From Toensbergia leucococca (taxonomy: Eukaryota), in contig JALDZS010000026.1 of assembly GCA_022813965.1 (NCBI GenBank), positions 124,001 to 181,969 on the forward strand: 57,969 nt of DNA, in the 5' to 3' direction. This document shows positions 1-12,092 of the stretch, in pieces. Numbering within the stretch: the first letter of the stretch is position 1; each line of letters begins with the position of its first letter. The translations under genes and the position numbers were made by a program. A model generated the notes under the pieces. The model had not been told where the DNA came from, did not search any database, and was given only the letters and a program-made list of their open reading frames with translations.

Positions 1-30
1 ATTGATGGTTGGCTTGGGCGACTCCACCAT
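1..30 (-). CDS. possible 5' end of a minus-strand gene running off the window (MVESPKPTIN...)
   Basis: ATG at 30 on the minus strand with an open frame to the window edge; only 10 codons visible. Confidence 0.2.
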   Translation of the reverse strand, partial: MVESPKPTIN

Positions 31-1722
31 GTACTCTTGCACTTGTGTCTTGCGGTTACACAGAGAGCGCCTGGCTAGACCGGGGAGGAGAACACCACTA
101 TCCGGGTTGACCTAAGGGTTACACAGACTCAGGCAGCTGGCACAGGAAAACGGACCAGGGGCCGCCACATAGACGGTAAAGCATCTGGTTTCTGCCTTCT
201 TCAATGCCAGAGGTTTTCGGAGACTTGGGTTCGAAAGTCTCCTATTCTAGCCAGTCTCTATAATCAGTCGTGCCGCCTAGGCTGCAAAGAGTATCGTAGT
301 TCCCTAGCCTCACATAGGGTTCTCAAATGCTGGCTGAAGCCTTTGGACAGCAGCTCCTTTTCTCTTGTACACGTTTCTCATCAGATGTTTGGAATGGCTT
401 TGCGGATTGCATAAGCTCCGTGTTTTACCAATCAAAAGTCAGCACAGCAAGCACTGCATCTACGCCGATGTAGATCAGCAGCAGTTTCCTGTTATCAGTT
501 ATGACTGGTGCTGTCACAAAAAGTATGGCACCACGGTAACAAGCGAGCAGGATCGTCAAGGGACAACTAGCTACGGCTCTGCTCTTTGCAACGACTTGTA
601 ATAGCTTAGTCAATCATTTGAGACAATGTCAATCAGTGCCAAGTGTAGCGTGCAAACATGTTAAGAGCTCTGTCGAAAAGCAGGGAACGCTTCTCACTGG
701 GGTATGTTGAGTGCCAAGGAACACTGAGGAAGATGAGACCTTATCCCAACCCCATGTCACCTAAAGCAGCTCGGCAGCGCTACCTCACCACCTGCCAGCG
801 TCAAAGGTGTGATAACGTGGGGCGTGAGACATGAAATAGCGTTCGTACAACGAACACACCAATCACTGACGTTCAGTTTCTGAAAGCACCCATTCCCAAC
901 CAGTGATAGCTCACAGATACAAGATATACTTCCATTTTTTGCGTAAACCTCAGCAGCGCTCTCCCGCCTTTCCGCGATGGTCTGAGGCGTCTGGAATGTT
1001 TTAATCAACGCTAGTGAGGAAATCCGGCAGGTGTACTCAAAGATGTGGCCGCCGATGCCTGTGGTTGGAAGGAATCCAGCTGCAGGCCCCTTCGGACTAG
1101 TCAAGTTCTCAAAATCAGGCGTGGCTTATTGGGCAGCCGCGGTCCGGGTCCTGAGCACATTGTAGAAAGCTGAAAGTGGCATACCATGCCAGCTGACACG
1201 GTACTAAGGTGCCGAGGGTAATCAAGGAGGAGAACCTGCCTGATTATTGACGTACCTAATATTAACTTCAACGGGAACATTTAGTTACGTGCTTCATGAC
1301 CAGCAGGAGCTTCAAGCTAACGCCAGAGCGCCTTGTAGCGGGCCATAGTGCGCTTTCTTGGAGGTACAAACCTCATGGAATGATCATTTGCCTCCTGTTT
1401 TACTTGGTCGCCATGTTTGAAGCTTTGGCTAGTCCTGCGGCCGACATTCCAGAACGGAAGGAGTGCATCAAAGGCTGCGTGCTCACCAATGAAGTAATGC
1501 TGGGGCTACCCGAAGCTTAGGTAGAGAATATTCCAGTCATATAGAACAATCTTGCCAAGCCCCTTTTCGAGTTCATCAGCACGACCACATATAACTCGCA
1601 GAATATTGCAAGATCTTCTCCGCTGTGCAGCAACTGGATCTGAAAGCCTTCTAAGGACGAGTGAAAATACCGAGTTTGAGAAGAAGCAGCATGGTGTACA
1701 TGATTAATCAATACCTTCCAAG

Positions 1723-3195
1723 AGCCAGGCAACAGCGCTGACTCCTTTCAACCCAGAGACCCACGAGCAGATACTACGGCTCTGAATAGCCAGTATCTTC
1801 AAACGGTCACCATCCACGGGCGGGAGTTTCAACAGTACTCCGTTGATAAATCTATCCACCTTGTACCTGTTGACGAGGTAGTTGAAATTTCAGGGAGGGA
1901 AGGAATAAGACTGGAACAAAACACTAACGAGATGGCAGGAAGAGGCTGACCGACTGTTATCTCAACATCATCTTCTCGACGTTGTTTTTGACGGGAGACT
2001 CATCTTCCCTCCCGTGGATGAACCAAGAAATATCCTGGATTGTGGTTACGGTGCCGCCTCGTGGGCGGTCGAAGTGGCTGAACAAAACCGTGACTGCACA
2101 GTATGATCCTCCAAGCTGCTGAACAAAATACTGGGTGACTCTTTGACACTAGGTGATTGGCGTTGATATCTCTCCACATATGAAACCGGACGATTTCCCG
2201 GAGAACTTTTGGCCCCAGGTACGTACATCTTCTGCGAAGTCCTATTGCTATGTTTACCTTTTGTTGATCCTGATGACTCGAGATGTATTGAGATGAGAGT
2301 TTGACGAAAGTAAATATATTGACAACTGGCGGCTCCCTAGTACATTAGATGGCAATTACAGCTGACAACCTGTAGCTAGATGACATCAATCAAACCTTCA
2401 CATTCCAATCTAACAGCTTTGACCTCGTCCACTCCCAGATGGTGAGTGGTGGTATCAATAAGTCGAGGTGGCCGACGTATCTCACAGACATGAAGAGGTG
2501 AGAAGGATTTATCAACGGAGATTTCGTCTTTTTGTTGGAAGTGCTAACCACCAAAAGGGTGCTGAAACCCGGCGGGTGGGTCCAATTGGTCGAATGCTCA
2601 TTCACGTGCCAGTCTGACAACGGTTCTATTACCGACTCGCATGCCTTGCGGCAATGGAGCAGCGCTTACGTCCAGTCGCTTGATGGAATCAAAGATACTC
2701 GAGCGGCACAGCAATTACACACGATGTGTAGTAATGCTGGTTTTATTGACATCGAGAGCAGAATGATTCCACTGCCGCTATGTGGATGGTCCAATGGTAT
2801 GCTAGTGGACATTCTACTATGAAAGCAATATGAGAGGGATGGACCAGCTCCAGGCGTTGCCCATTTGGTCGATTAGCATTGTGATTCTGTTCCAAGCTGA
2901 CCATAAGCTGATGCGGTTCTCTTCATTAGATGCTAGACAGCGGCAGATAGGAAATGCGAATATGGAGAATGTTCAGCAACTATTGAGCACATTCGCCATC
3001 TTTCCGTTCTCAAGACGCTTGGGCATGACGATTGATCAGGTCAATGCACTCGTTTCGCGGGCCCGTATCGAAGCTGTTAAGCCGAGCCTAAAGGCATACT
3101 TCCGTCTGTAGGTATACTTCTTTTTCAATCAATTTTCATCATCCAGCTAATTTGGGACGAGGTACGTCTGCATCGGAAAGAAGCCCGGTGAATGA
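1723..3195 (+). CDS. LaeA-like SAM-dependent methyltransferase (LlmF-like), multi-exon; true start lies upstream and is uncertain
   Basis: Spliced exons read ...HGREFQQYSVDKSIHLVPVDE/EEADRLLSQHH...RNILDCGYGAASWAVEVAE/VIGVDISP.../LDDINQTFTFQSNSFDLVHSQ.../VLKPGGWVQLVE.../YVCIGKKPGE*. SAM-binding motif I is LDCGYG; introns are GT-AG with CTRAC branch sites. Confidence 0.8.
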
Positions 3196-3916
3196 TGCTT
3201 TCCATGAGTAGGCTTCATCGCCTGGCAAAGCCATTTTGAGGGACTGTCTGACACCTAGATGGCTTCATGACAATTACTTCCTGCATCTTTTTTTCATGAT
3301 CAGCAAATTTGTCTGAATTCTTTCATTTGGGACTGCGCCACCTTTGTGTATTGCAGGACGTGCCGTGACGACATCAAGCCAGAGCATGCTCTTCATACCT
3401 TATCCTCAAGCATCTTAGGGAGTAATCATGACAGAATATTGGAAGGTGCTAAGTGAAATATTTTTTCCCAGTGAAAGAGCTGCCAGTCTCGCGTGCTTGC
3501 AAGGATCACAGTGCATACATCTCGGTCTTGTCCGAGTGAGCGGTGAGTGCCGAGTGAGGAATGCTCCACGAGGAGACTTTTGACCCAGCATCCCCTGAGC
3601 ACTTCAAGAACAAGAAGGGTCTCAAGCAAAATCGATCCATGTGTAGGAGGCGACAGTTGGTTCGGCCTTCTCCGATGAATTTTGACAAGTGGATGTAATC
3701 CGAAGCAGCAAAACATATGACCCAGGAGAAAAATTAAATGACATCGAGGAGAACCCACTCCGATAACAGTATTGGGGAAAGAGTGCACGGGCCAAATGGG
3801 TAGGATTCAGTACAGCAATGCGGCCTGTCGTAATTTACTCTATTAAGAATTTGATGGATGGGTAAGGAGTCCCAGCTGCGTGGTAGAGAATGCGGCGGCC
3901 TGGCTCAATCCAACCT

Positions 3917-3981
3917 TGTCATTGTCATTGCCATTGCCATGAATATGGATATGGACGTGGAAATGGATATGGATATGAATA
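3917..3981. repeat. imperfect hexamer microsatellites (TTGYCA)n then (ATATGG)n
   Basis: ttgtcattgtcattgccattgcca followed by atatggatatggacgtggaaatggatatggatatgaata. Confidence 0.6.
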
Positions 3982-4494
3982 CAAGCAAACGAGTGACTAG
4001 TGTACACGAGAAGCCAATGCCCAAAGCCGAAATGCACGCCACGAGTGAGAAGAACTATAAGGCATAGGACCCTCACCCAAGTACCTTAGCCAGGGAGTGC
4101 CACAAATAGATAAGGCTTCAATACTTAGTTTACCGCAGGCCTGCTGCCCGAGTCCAACCAAGCCTTGACGATATTTAAAATAGCAGATGCAGGCTTCTCT
4201 CAACATTGAACACATGACTGAGAGGAGCACTGTGCTGGTGTATTCTGCCATGCCGCATGGATGTTGGAGCCTTGGAGGTGCATCGGTTCCTCGTTCCGGG
4301 TTTCGGTAAATCTTCCTGGGCCCTAAACACCATCAACCTTAACTACCTGCCTTAGGTAGGAGACTAAATTGCCCTAAATCTTTTGACATATTCGACTAAG
4401 GTATCCGTACTCCGTAAGGTACCTAGATCGATTTATGCTAGCCTACTTTTATTTTCACTAGAATCTACATGTGTGTCAACGCCAACCACCCGAT

Positions 4495-5566
<1,072 letters not shown>

Positions 5567-5978
5567 TCATGCAAGTATTGTAATTGTTGGTGGATTCGAG
5601 TGATTGCATAAATACCTCGTGCAGCGTGCATGTTGCCTTGTTCTATTGTCGTAGCTTAGTCGTGATTTGCTCTTCCTACCTTGGTACTAGCTGGTCCCAA
5701 CTGATTATGATCCCCTGCAGTAATCTCCACGACGAGAGCTGTAAGCGACGACGGAAGTTCCCTTCTCGATGCACTTGCGTCGCTAAACCACGACCTGGAG
5801 GCTGGAGGCTGGCGTGGCTGAATACCAGGGAGATCATGGACCCGTACAGCTGTTGACTATGAATATCCAGACTTGCTGATAATACGCTCCTCAAACAAGT
5901 TGGCCCCCACACGCGATCCAGAACGCCACGCTTGCATTTCAAAAAGCAGATACAAAACCCACAGGATTGACTCTACTC

Positions 5979-8839
5979 CTAGCCAAAGGCCCTTCTCAAC
6001 CCCGCCTCTGCTCCCGTCTCACTGGCAGTACTCAGTTGAGCGCACAGTCTGCTCAACGCCACCGTCTCCGTAGCAGCATAATAATCCAAGGCATCCAATA
6101 GAATTCTGAGGTGCTTGTTAAAGTTATCTTCGTATTTGTCCATATTGTCCTCGATTTTCGCAAGCCGTGTGGGATCATAGCTTCGAAGTCCGTCGGGAAC
6201 ATGTTTGGAGGACGATTGCGACAGTAGATAATCCTCAGCGGCCTTGGAACCCGCAAGGTCGGAGTCCGCCGAGAAAATCATACGGGAAAGATTGGAGGTA
6301 TAGTTTGCGAACATTTGGCAGACGGACATGATTTTGGAGTGGATCTAAAGGAATGTCAATGATAGTACCTTTTGCTGCGCAGGGATAATCTGGTCTCACT
6401 CGAAGTAAGCGAGAGTTCATGAGCATGCATTGCTTGAGACAGGTGTCCAGGAAGTCTACGTGATCCTCCATCAGCTCGTCAACCGTTCTGTTGAGGTGCT
6501 GTGATCCATCGCGCCCGCTTTTGTCGTCCCCGTTCACCCTAGCCATAAGAGTATGCCAGTTCGGCTCGATGACCTCGGCAGTACAATAATATGTACATTG
6601 CTGTACAAAGACCAACATTCTGGCTCGCAAGGTCCAGGCCCTTCGCTTCCACATTTCGAGCTTCGGGTTCGAGCTTCGGTGAGTCCAGCTGAGGATTTTG
6701 TTGTGATCCTCCCAACTATTCACCAGCAGGCCCTCGACATGGCGCATAGAAAGGAGGTACCGGAATAAGATTTGGTATCTCAACACTGTTTTGCTACTAA
6801 TGACAAGTGACAACGGGAAAGGGACTGAGAACTTGAACTCTAGCGCTTCGAATCCCGTCATATTACTATCCTCTTCGGTGGATGGTTGAGTGGCTGGTGT
6901 TCTATGTCGATCAAGACTTTCGTCTGGTGCGTCCTGATCAATACCCCTGACACTAACGACACTCATCAAAAATTTGGTCAATCCAACATCATTCATTTGA
7001 ACCTTGACATCTTCCTTGAAAGGATCTTGCGCCGCCACAGTACCAGGTTGACGAAGCACGAGATCTAGCAAGGACTGCAGTTTGCTCACATTTACTCCCT
7101 TCGAAGGCTTTTTCAACTCCGAAGCACTCAGGTCTAGGAAATAAGTAAAGAAATCAGACCGGTCGAGGAAAAAGTAATGCTTCAAAGACCTGAGGCGAGC
7201 CGGTAGGGCGTGTGTAGTAAGGAGCAATTTCAGCAGGGAAGAATTTGCGTGAGCATAAGCACCGTTGACATTATCGAGGAACCGCGGATCATCAAAGGAT
7301 TTGGGAACGTCCTTGACCTCTTTACTAACATCAACTCCTCCACATTCCCTAACCACGTTAAGGTACTTGCCTGCCAACAAAACCCTGTCTTTGACTCCTT
7401 CAAGCTGCGTTGGCACATCACTGTCACGTATTGTGTACCGTTTCTCCCAATACTCATCTGTATAATCCTCCTCCAATTTCTCTCGCTTGATACTCTTTTG
7501 CTCCTTAACGAGGAATTCAGCGTGTGGATCCCGAATACCACCGTGGTGCAGCCACTCGTTCAACATAGCCATATATGGCTGACTAGCGTCTCTCAACAAA
7601 GTTTGAAGCAATGCTCTTGCAGAAGGGTCTCCAGACATGAAAGAAAGTCGCTCGGTCAATAGGCGAAGGACATTTCCCCCTTTGCATACCTTTTTAGTCA
7701 TACTCCCAGGAGCAAGATCGCCGCCTTCCCGAAGCTGCTCAAGAATGTTATCAACGTCGTCAAAATCATCGACCGAGTCATCAAGGTCATCTTCAAGGAG
7801 AGAGTTTTTCCGGAGTATCTCCTGCGCTAATGTATAAAGCTGAAGCATTATGTGGCTGTTCGGCAGAGTGTGTAGGTGAAGTACGTGGAGTGTAAAAGAT
7901 GCGTTGCTGAGCAGCTGATGCTCCAGTTGAGCAACGAGTACTAGATGTTCTTTCAGTAATTTGCGCATCGAAGCACATAATGCATGATTTATGGCACCGA
8001 ATTCCTCTCTACTTTGGACTTCTACGAAGGCTTCAATTGCACTATAGTGCGTTGCCGTTCTCAACATGGTGGTAGCAAGGTCTCGTAAGCTAGGATCGAG
8101 TCCTGGTAGAATGCGGTATCCCGGACCGGTAAGGCGGTCTTTCTCCACGGATGGGTTATAGGACTCAATAAATCGAATATACTGCCCTTCATATCCCATG
8201 AGTACGAATAAGAGATCCTCTAGTATTACGTGTTCTTGCCGGTCCGGCGACATTTCCTTCAACGGCTCCGACTCAAGAGATTGAGGGATAAGTGATGCCA
8301 GGGGTGGCGTAGAGATTCGCGCAGCCAAAGGCGCTGTGGTATGTGTTATCAAAGTGACTTGCGGTCTCCAAAGTACTATTCGACTAGACACATTAGCACA
8401 AGATACATAGACCGCGAGCCTTGCTGCAGCTTGGTAGTAACTAACGGAGGGCCTCCTTTCCCTTTTTCAGTAGAGGAATATGCCCGTCCGTAATTTGACT
8501 GACAGACCTCGCAGCTTCCTGGGCGCTAGACATTTTATCTATTGCATCGTGTCCAGCAGACAGTTTGACGGGACTTCTTGTGCGAAAATGAAGAGTATCC
8601 TTCGTGGTAAGTTGTATTTTCTGGGACCGTCGCTTGTTAAACCCACCCCCTCCATGTGTGCTCGAAGGTGCCCTGTGATGACCTACATTACTGGCTGAGT
8701 CTTGAGGTAGGACATCACCACCAGGGTCTGAGCGATCCTTTACATCAACGCGAGAGAGGACGCGAGGCCTTGCGGCAGAAGTCGCAGTGGTTCTTTTTTC
8801 ATTGTTAGCCGCACTTCGAGCATTTCCAATGCTTGACAT
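5979..8839 (-). CDS. SPC97: gamma-tubulin complex component GCP2 (Spc97/Alp4), 3 exons
   Basis: Spc97/98-family motifs ILEDLLFVLMGYEGQYI, EDYTDEYWEKRYT, VLLAGKYLNVVRECG, SLKHYFFLDRSDF, EVIEPNW, DHVDFLDTCLKQCML. Confidence 0.93.
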
Positions 8840-9440
8840 GTTGCAACTGCATTAGAGCTGAGCTATAACCTCTTTCTTCTCTATGCTCTGTGTTGTGTCA
8901 TAGTTTCGTTTGTATTGTGAGGCGACTGGAGATTCCTGGAAGTAGACTTGACATTAGTGTATTATTCAAGTAACGGATGCGGTACCTTACGGGCCTCACT
9001 ATGAATGCGCACACTGTGAAATTACTGTAAGAATATGATGATTAAAGATAGTCAGTAGAACTACAATTAATAAGTGTAGCTACTGTTGAACTATCATTTA
9101 CATGTGTTAACCGTTTTTATGTCAAATACTGATATATTTATGCACAGTGACTTCAATATAATAGTGTTATTACAGCTATAAGAAGAAACTGTTGTTCATG
9201 TCAATCACACTTCATCTGAGTGTACTGTTCTGCTACAAGAATTGAAAATTGACTATGATACTACAGTTTATTGTTGAGGTTCTGATTTTGAAAGTTCACT
9301 GCAAGATTGACATCAACAATAAACTTGTATCAGTACAGTGTCAGTACAGTGTCAAACTTAAATAAAGACTATCTTATCTCTTTATTCACTTAAAGTACCT
9401 TGTTTGTACTTCACATTCATCTCTTCAATCATTCAGCTTG

Positions 9441-9873
9441 CCTATCTGCCTAGGGAATTGTGATGATTTCACATACACAATGGTCTAGGTAGGTCTCCTT
9501 CATCTATCTGATTTAAATCCTCATGTTAATGACCTACCTGCCTAGGGAATTGCGACGATTTCACATACAAATGACCTAGGTAGATCTTCTTCATCTATCT
9601 GATTCAAATCCTCATGCTAATGACCTACCTGCCTAGGGAAATGCGATGAATTCACATACAAAATGACCTAGGTAGGTCTCCTTCATTTACCTGATTCAAA
9701 TTCTCTTGCTAATTGCCTACCTGCCTAGGGAATTGCGAGGGAATTGCGAGGGAATTGCGACAATCTCACATACAAAATGGCTTAGGTAGGTCTCCTTCTT
9801 CTATCTGATTCAATTCCTCACGCTTATTGCTTACATGTCTAGGGAAACGCGATGATTTCACATACAAAATGAC
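9441..9873. repeat. tandem array of ~92-bp units (4 full plus 1 partial)
   Basis: Units start at 9441, 9533, 9624, 9716 and 9830. Consensus is cctacctgcctagggaattgcgatgatttcacatacaaaatgacctaggtaggtctccttcatctatctgattcaaatcctcatgctaatga. Unit 4 carries a triplicated gggaattgcga. Confidence 0.95.
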
Positions 9874-9952
9874 AGAGGCCTCTGACATCTACATGAAGAT
9901 AATAATTAAATAGAATAATGAAATAGATTGAAGCGTTTATTCTTAATTACGG

Positions 9953-10112
9953 TACTCGTGGTTACCCTACAATGCGGCAAACCTATCAATGCGGCACTAA
10001 ACCTCTTTCAGCTAGTGAGTCATATTTTAGATCGTGAGCTAGAGGCCTACTAGCTGAAAGAGGTTTAGTGCCGCATTGATAGGTTTGCCGCATTGTAGGG
10101 TAACCACGAGTA
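9953..10112. mobile_element. putative Tc1/mariner-type MITE: TA + 62-bp perfect TIR + 32-bp spacer + TIR + TA
   Basis: 9953-10016 is the exact reverse complement of 10049-10112 (64 bp including the flanking TA). Each arm has an internal direct repeat caatgcggca. Confidence 0.75.
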
Positions 10113-10625
10113 GTTCTATGACAATATCTATGATATAAAGATTCAATAAATAATTCTGTTATTGCATAATTAAATGGTCTGTCTACAGTGTAAATTCACT
10201 TGACACCGTTAATTATTTTGACACCGTTATGCATGATCTAACTATTGTATGACTCTTGCGGTTAAAACATTTTTAATCGCATAAATGTGCTAACTATCAC
10301 CCCTAGGGTATGGTCAGGACACAGAGTTTGCATTTAACTGATAAAATTGATTTAACTGTACTACTACAATGATGACACAGTGTGCTATGTCTGAGGCATG
10401 CCCATAAGGTACTCCGTAGTGACGTTTACTCCCGTGCTCCTTACTTAAAATAGTGTATTATATTCTATCAGTACAAGACCCTTACACAGGCTCAGGTAAG
10501 TACTTTCAGCGTTGCGTACCTAGACCTCTAAAACGCCTCGGTTCGAAAGTCTATGAAGAAGCTGCTTTCGAGCTTCATCTACCATCCTTCAGCCTCAAAG
10601 GTCGAAACAACCGAGACCCTTCGCC

Positions 10626-11600
10626 ATGTTTATTGCACGATCAGAATATGGTGAGTCCTTCTCATACTCCTGGACGTATCATGTGTTGAATAATGCCTTC
10701 GACAGATCGCGGGATCAAGTACATCTACTTTCTCGAGCATCGTTGAGTCTCCAAGACTGACAGAAGACTTTCAGCACGTTTTCCCCGGAAGGACGTCTCT
10801 TTCAAGTTGAATATTCTCTCGAAGCTATCAAGCTTGGATCAACCGCTATAGGTGTACGTCTCATTTGGGTGTCTTTCAGATGTTTGAGCTTATAACCAGG
10901 TCTGCAGATAGCTACAGGCGATGGGGTTATCCTAGGCGTGGAAAAGCGCGTAACATCCACGCTCCTAGAAACCTCCAGCGTCGAGAAAATCGTGGAGATA
11001 GATCGACACATTGGTTGTGCTATGTCCGGTCTGCAAGCGGATGCCCGATCTATGGTCGAGCACGCCCGAGTCGAGAGCCAGAACCACGCTTTCCATTACA
11101 ATGAGCCACTAAGAGTGGAGAGCTGTACGCAAGCTATCTGTGATCTAGCGCTGAGATTTGGGGAAGGGGCCGAAGGAGAGGAGAGTATCATGAGCAGACC
11201 ATTCGGTGTGGCATTGCTGATTGCAGGCATTGATGAGGATGGACCGCAGCTGTATGATATCTCACCCTCAAACGAGGCGGAGTCTGCTGTAGTCATTCGT
11301 GCTTTGATGCTAATACCAGGTAGATACCATGCCGAACCGTCCGGAACGTTCTACCGATACGATGCAAAAGCCATTGGATCAGGTTCAGAAGGTGCCCAAG
11401 CAGAACTACAGAACGAGTTCCACAAATCTCTTACTTTACCAGAAGCCGAGACGTTGGTACTGAAGACTTTGAAGCAGGTCATGGAGGAGAAATTGGACTC
11501 AAAAAACATCCAATTGGCTAGTGTCACGCCGGAGAAAGGCTTCAGGATATATAGCGATGTGGAAATGTCTGAGGTAGTGAGTAGATTACCGGTAAATTGA
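10626..11600 (+). CDS. PUP2: 20S proteasome subunit alpha 5
   Basis: Spliced [39 protein letters not shown]/...[12 protein letters not shown]...[15 protein letters not shown]...[14 protein letters not shown]. Confidence 0.96.
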
Positions 11601-12092
11601 CCGAACAGAACTATTACCCCTTTTTCAAGATCATGATGAGCATACTATCTGCAACCAGTATGCTGGTATTTCATACATAAATGTGTGAGGTAAACCCCAT
11701 AACCGGAGTAAGCCTAGAATTGATTTTCTATCATACTCCCTCACATTTTATTGATTGCACCTCCGTTTGGCAATCTTCGAAATGTGCCGAAATGTTACCA
11801 AGGACTGTGTCCACACCAAAGTCACAACTGAAATCAACAGCTCCCCGTATACTACAATGTAGTTCTAGTAATTGTTGATCGTGTCTCAGTTCGCCCAGAA
11901 GATGTATGCCCTCTCCGTGAGTTATTGGTCAATAAGATGCTGAAACAACATGTCGCATGGTATGATTATTATGTATTCTATCAAAGATCTCCCCGGCCAC
12001 AACGCTATACCTAGTTGCGAGTCTCATTTTGAAACCTTTAACCTAAGTGATTAGAACGTTTACCCAGGATACTTCTTCAGGACCCACAGCCC

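Larger units (their letters stand above)
8982..10412. mobile_element. AT-rich degenerate repeat/transposon-derived island with imperfect terminal inverted repeats
   Basis: Sharp rise in AT content and no ORFs. Left end gtaccttacgggc..cctca..gcacactgtg (8982-9018) resembles the reverse complement of the right end cacagtgtgc..tgagg..gcccataaggtac (10376-10412). Contains the tandem array and MITE listed below. Confidence 0.45.

Noticed and set aside
2250..2320. Hammerhead ribozyme-like core (CTGATGA...GAAA) in a methyltransferase intron
   Set aside because: Stem II closing pair is C-C, there is no room for stem I, and stem III needs a bulge next to the cleavage site; likely chance.
3843..4076. 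ORFs with HIHIH / MDMDM runs
   Set aside because: Translations of hexamer microsatellites in intergenic DNA.
9441..9873. CRISPR-like appearance of the regularly spaced, partly palindromic repeats
   Set aside because: Whole units are repeated with no unique spacers, there are no cas genes, and the context is eukaryotic.
8990..10425. CACAGTG/CACTATG heptamers suggesting a Transib/RSS-like element
   Set aside because: Orientation and termini are inconsistent, and there is no 5-bp TSD or transposase remnant.
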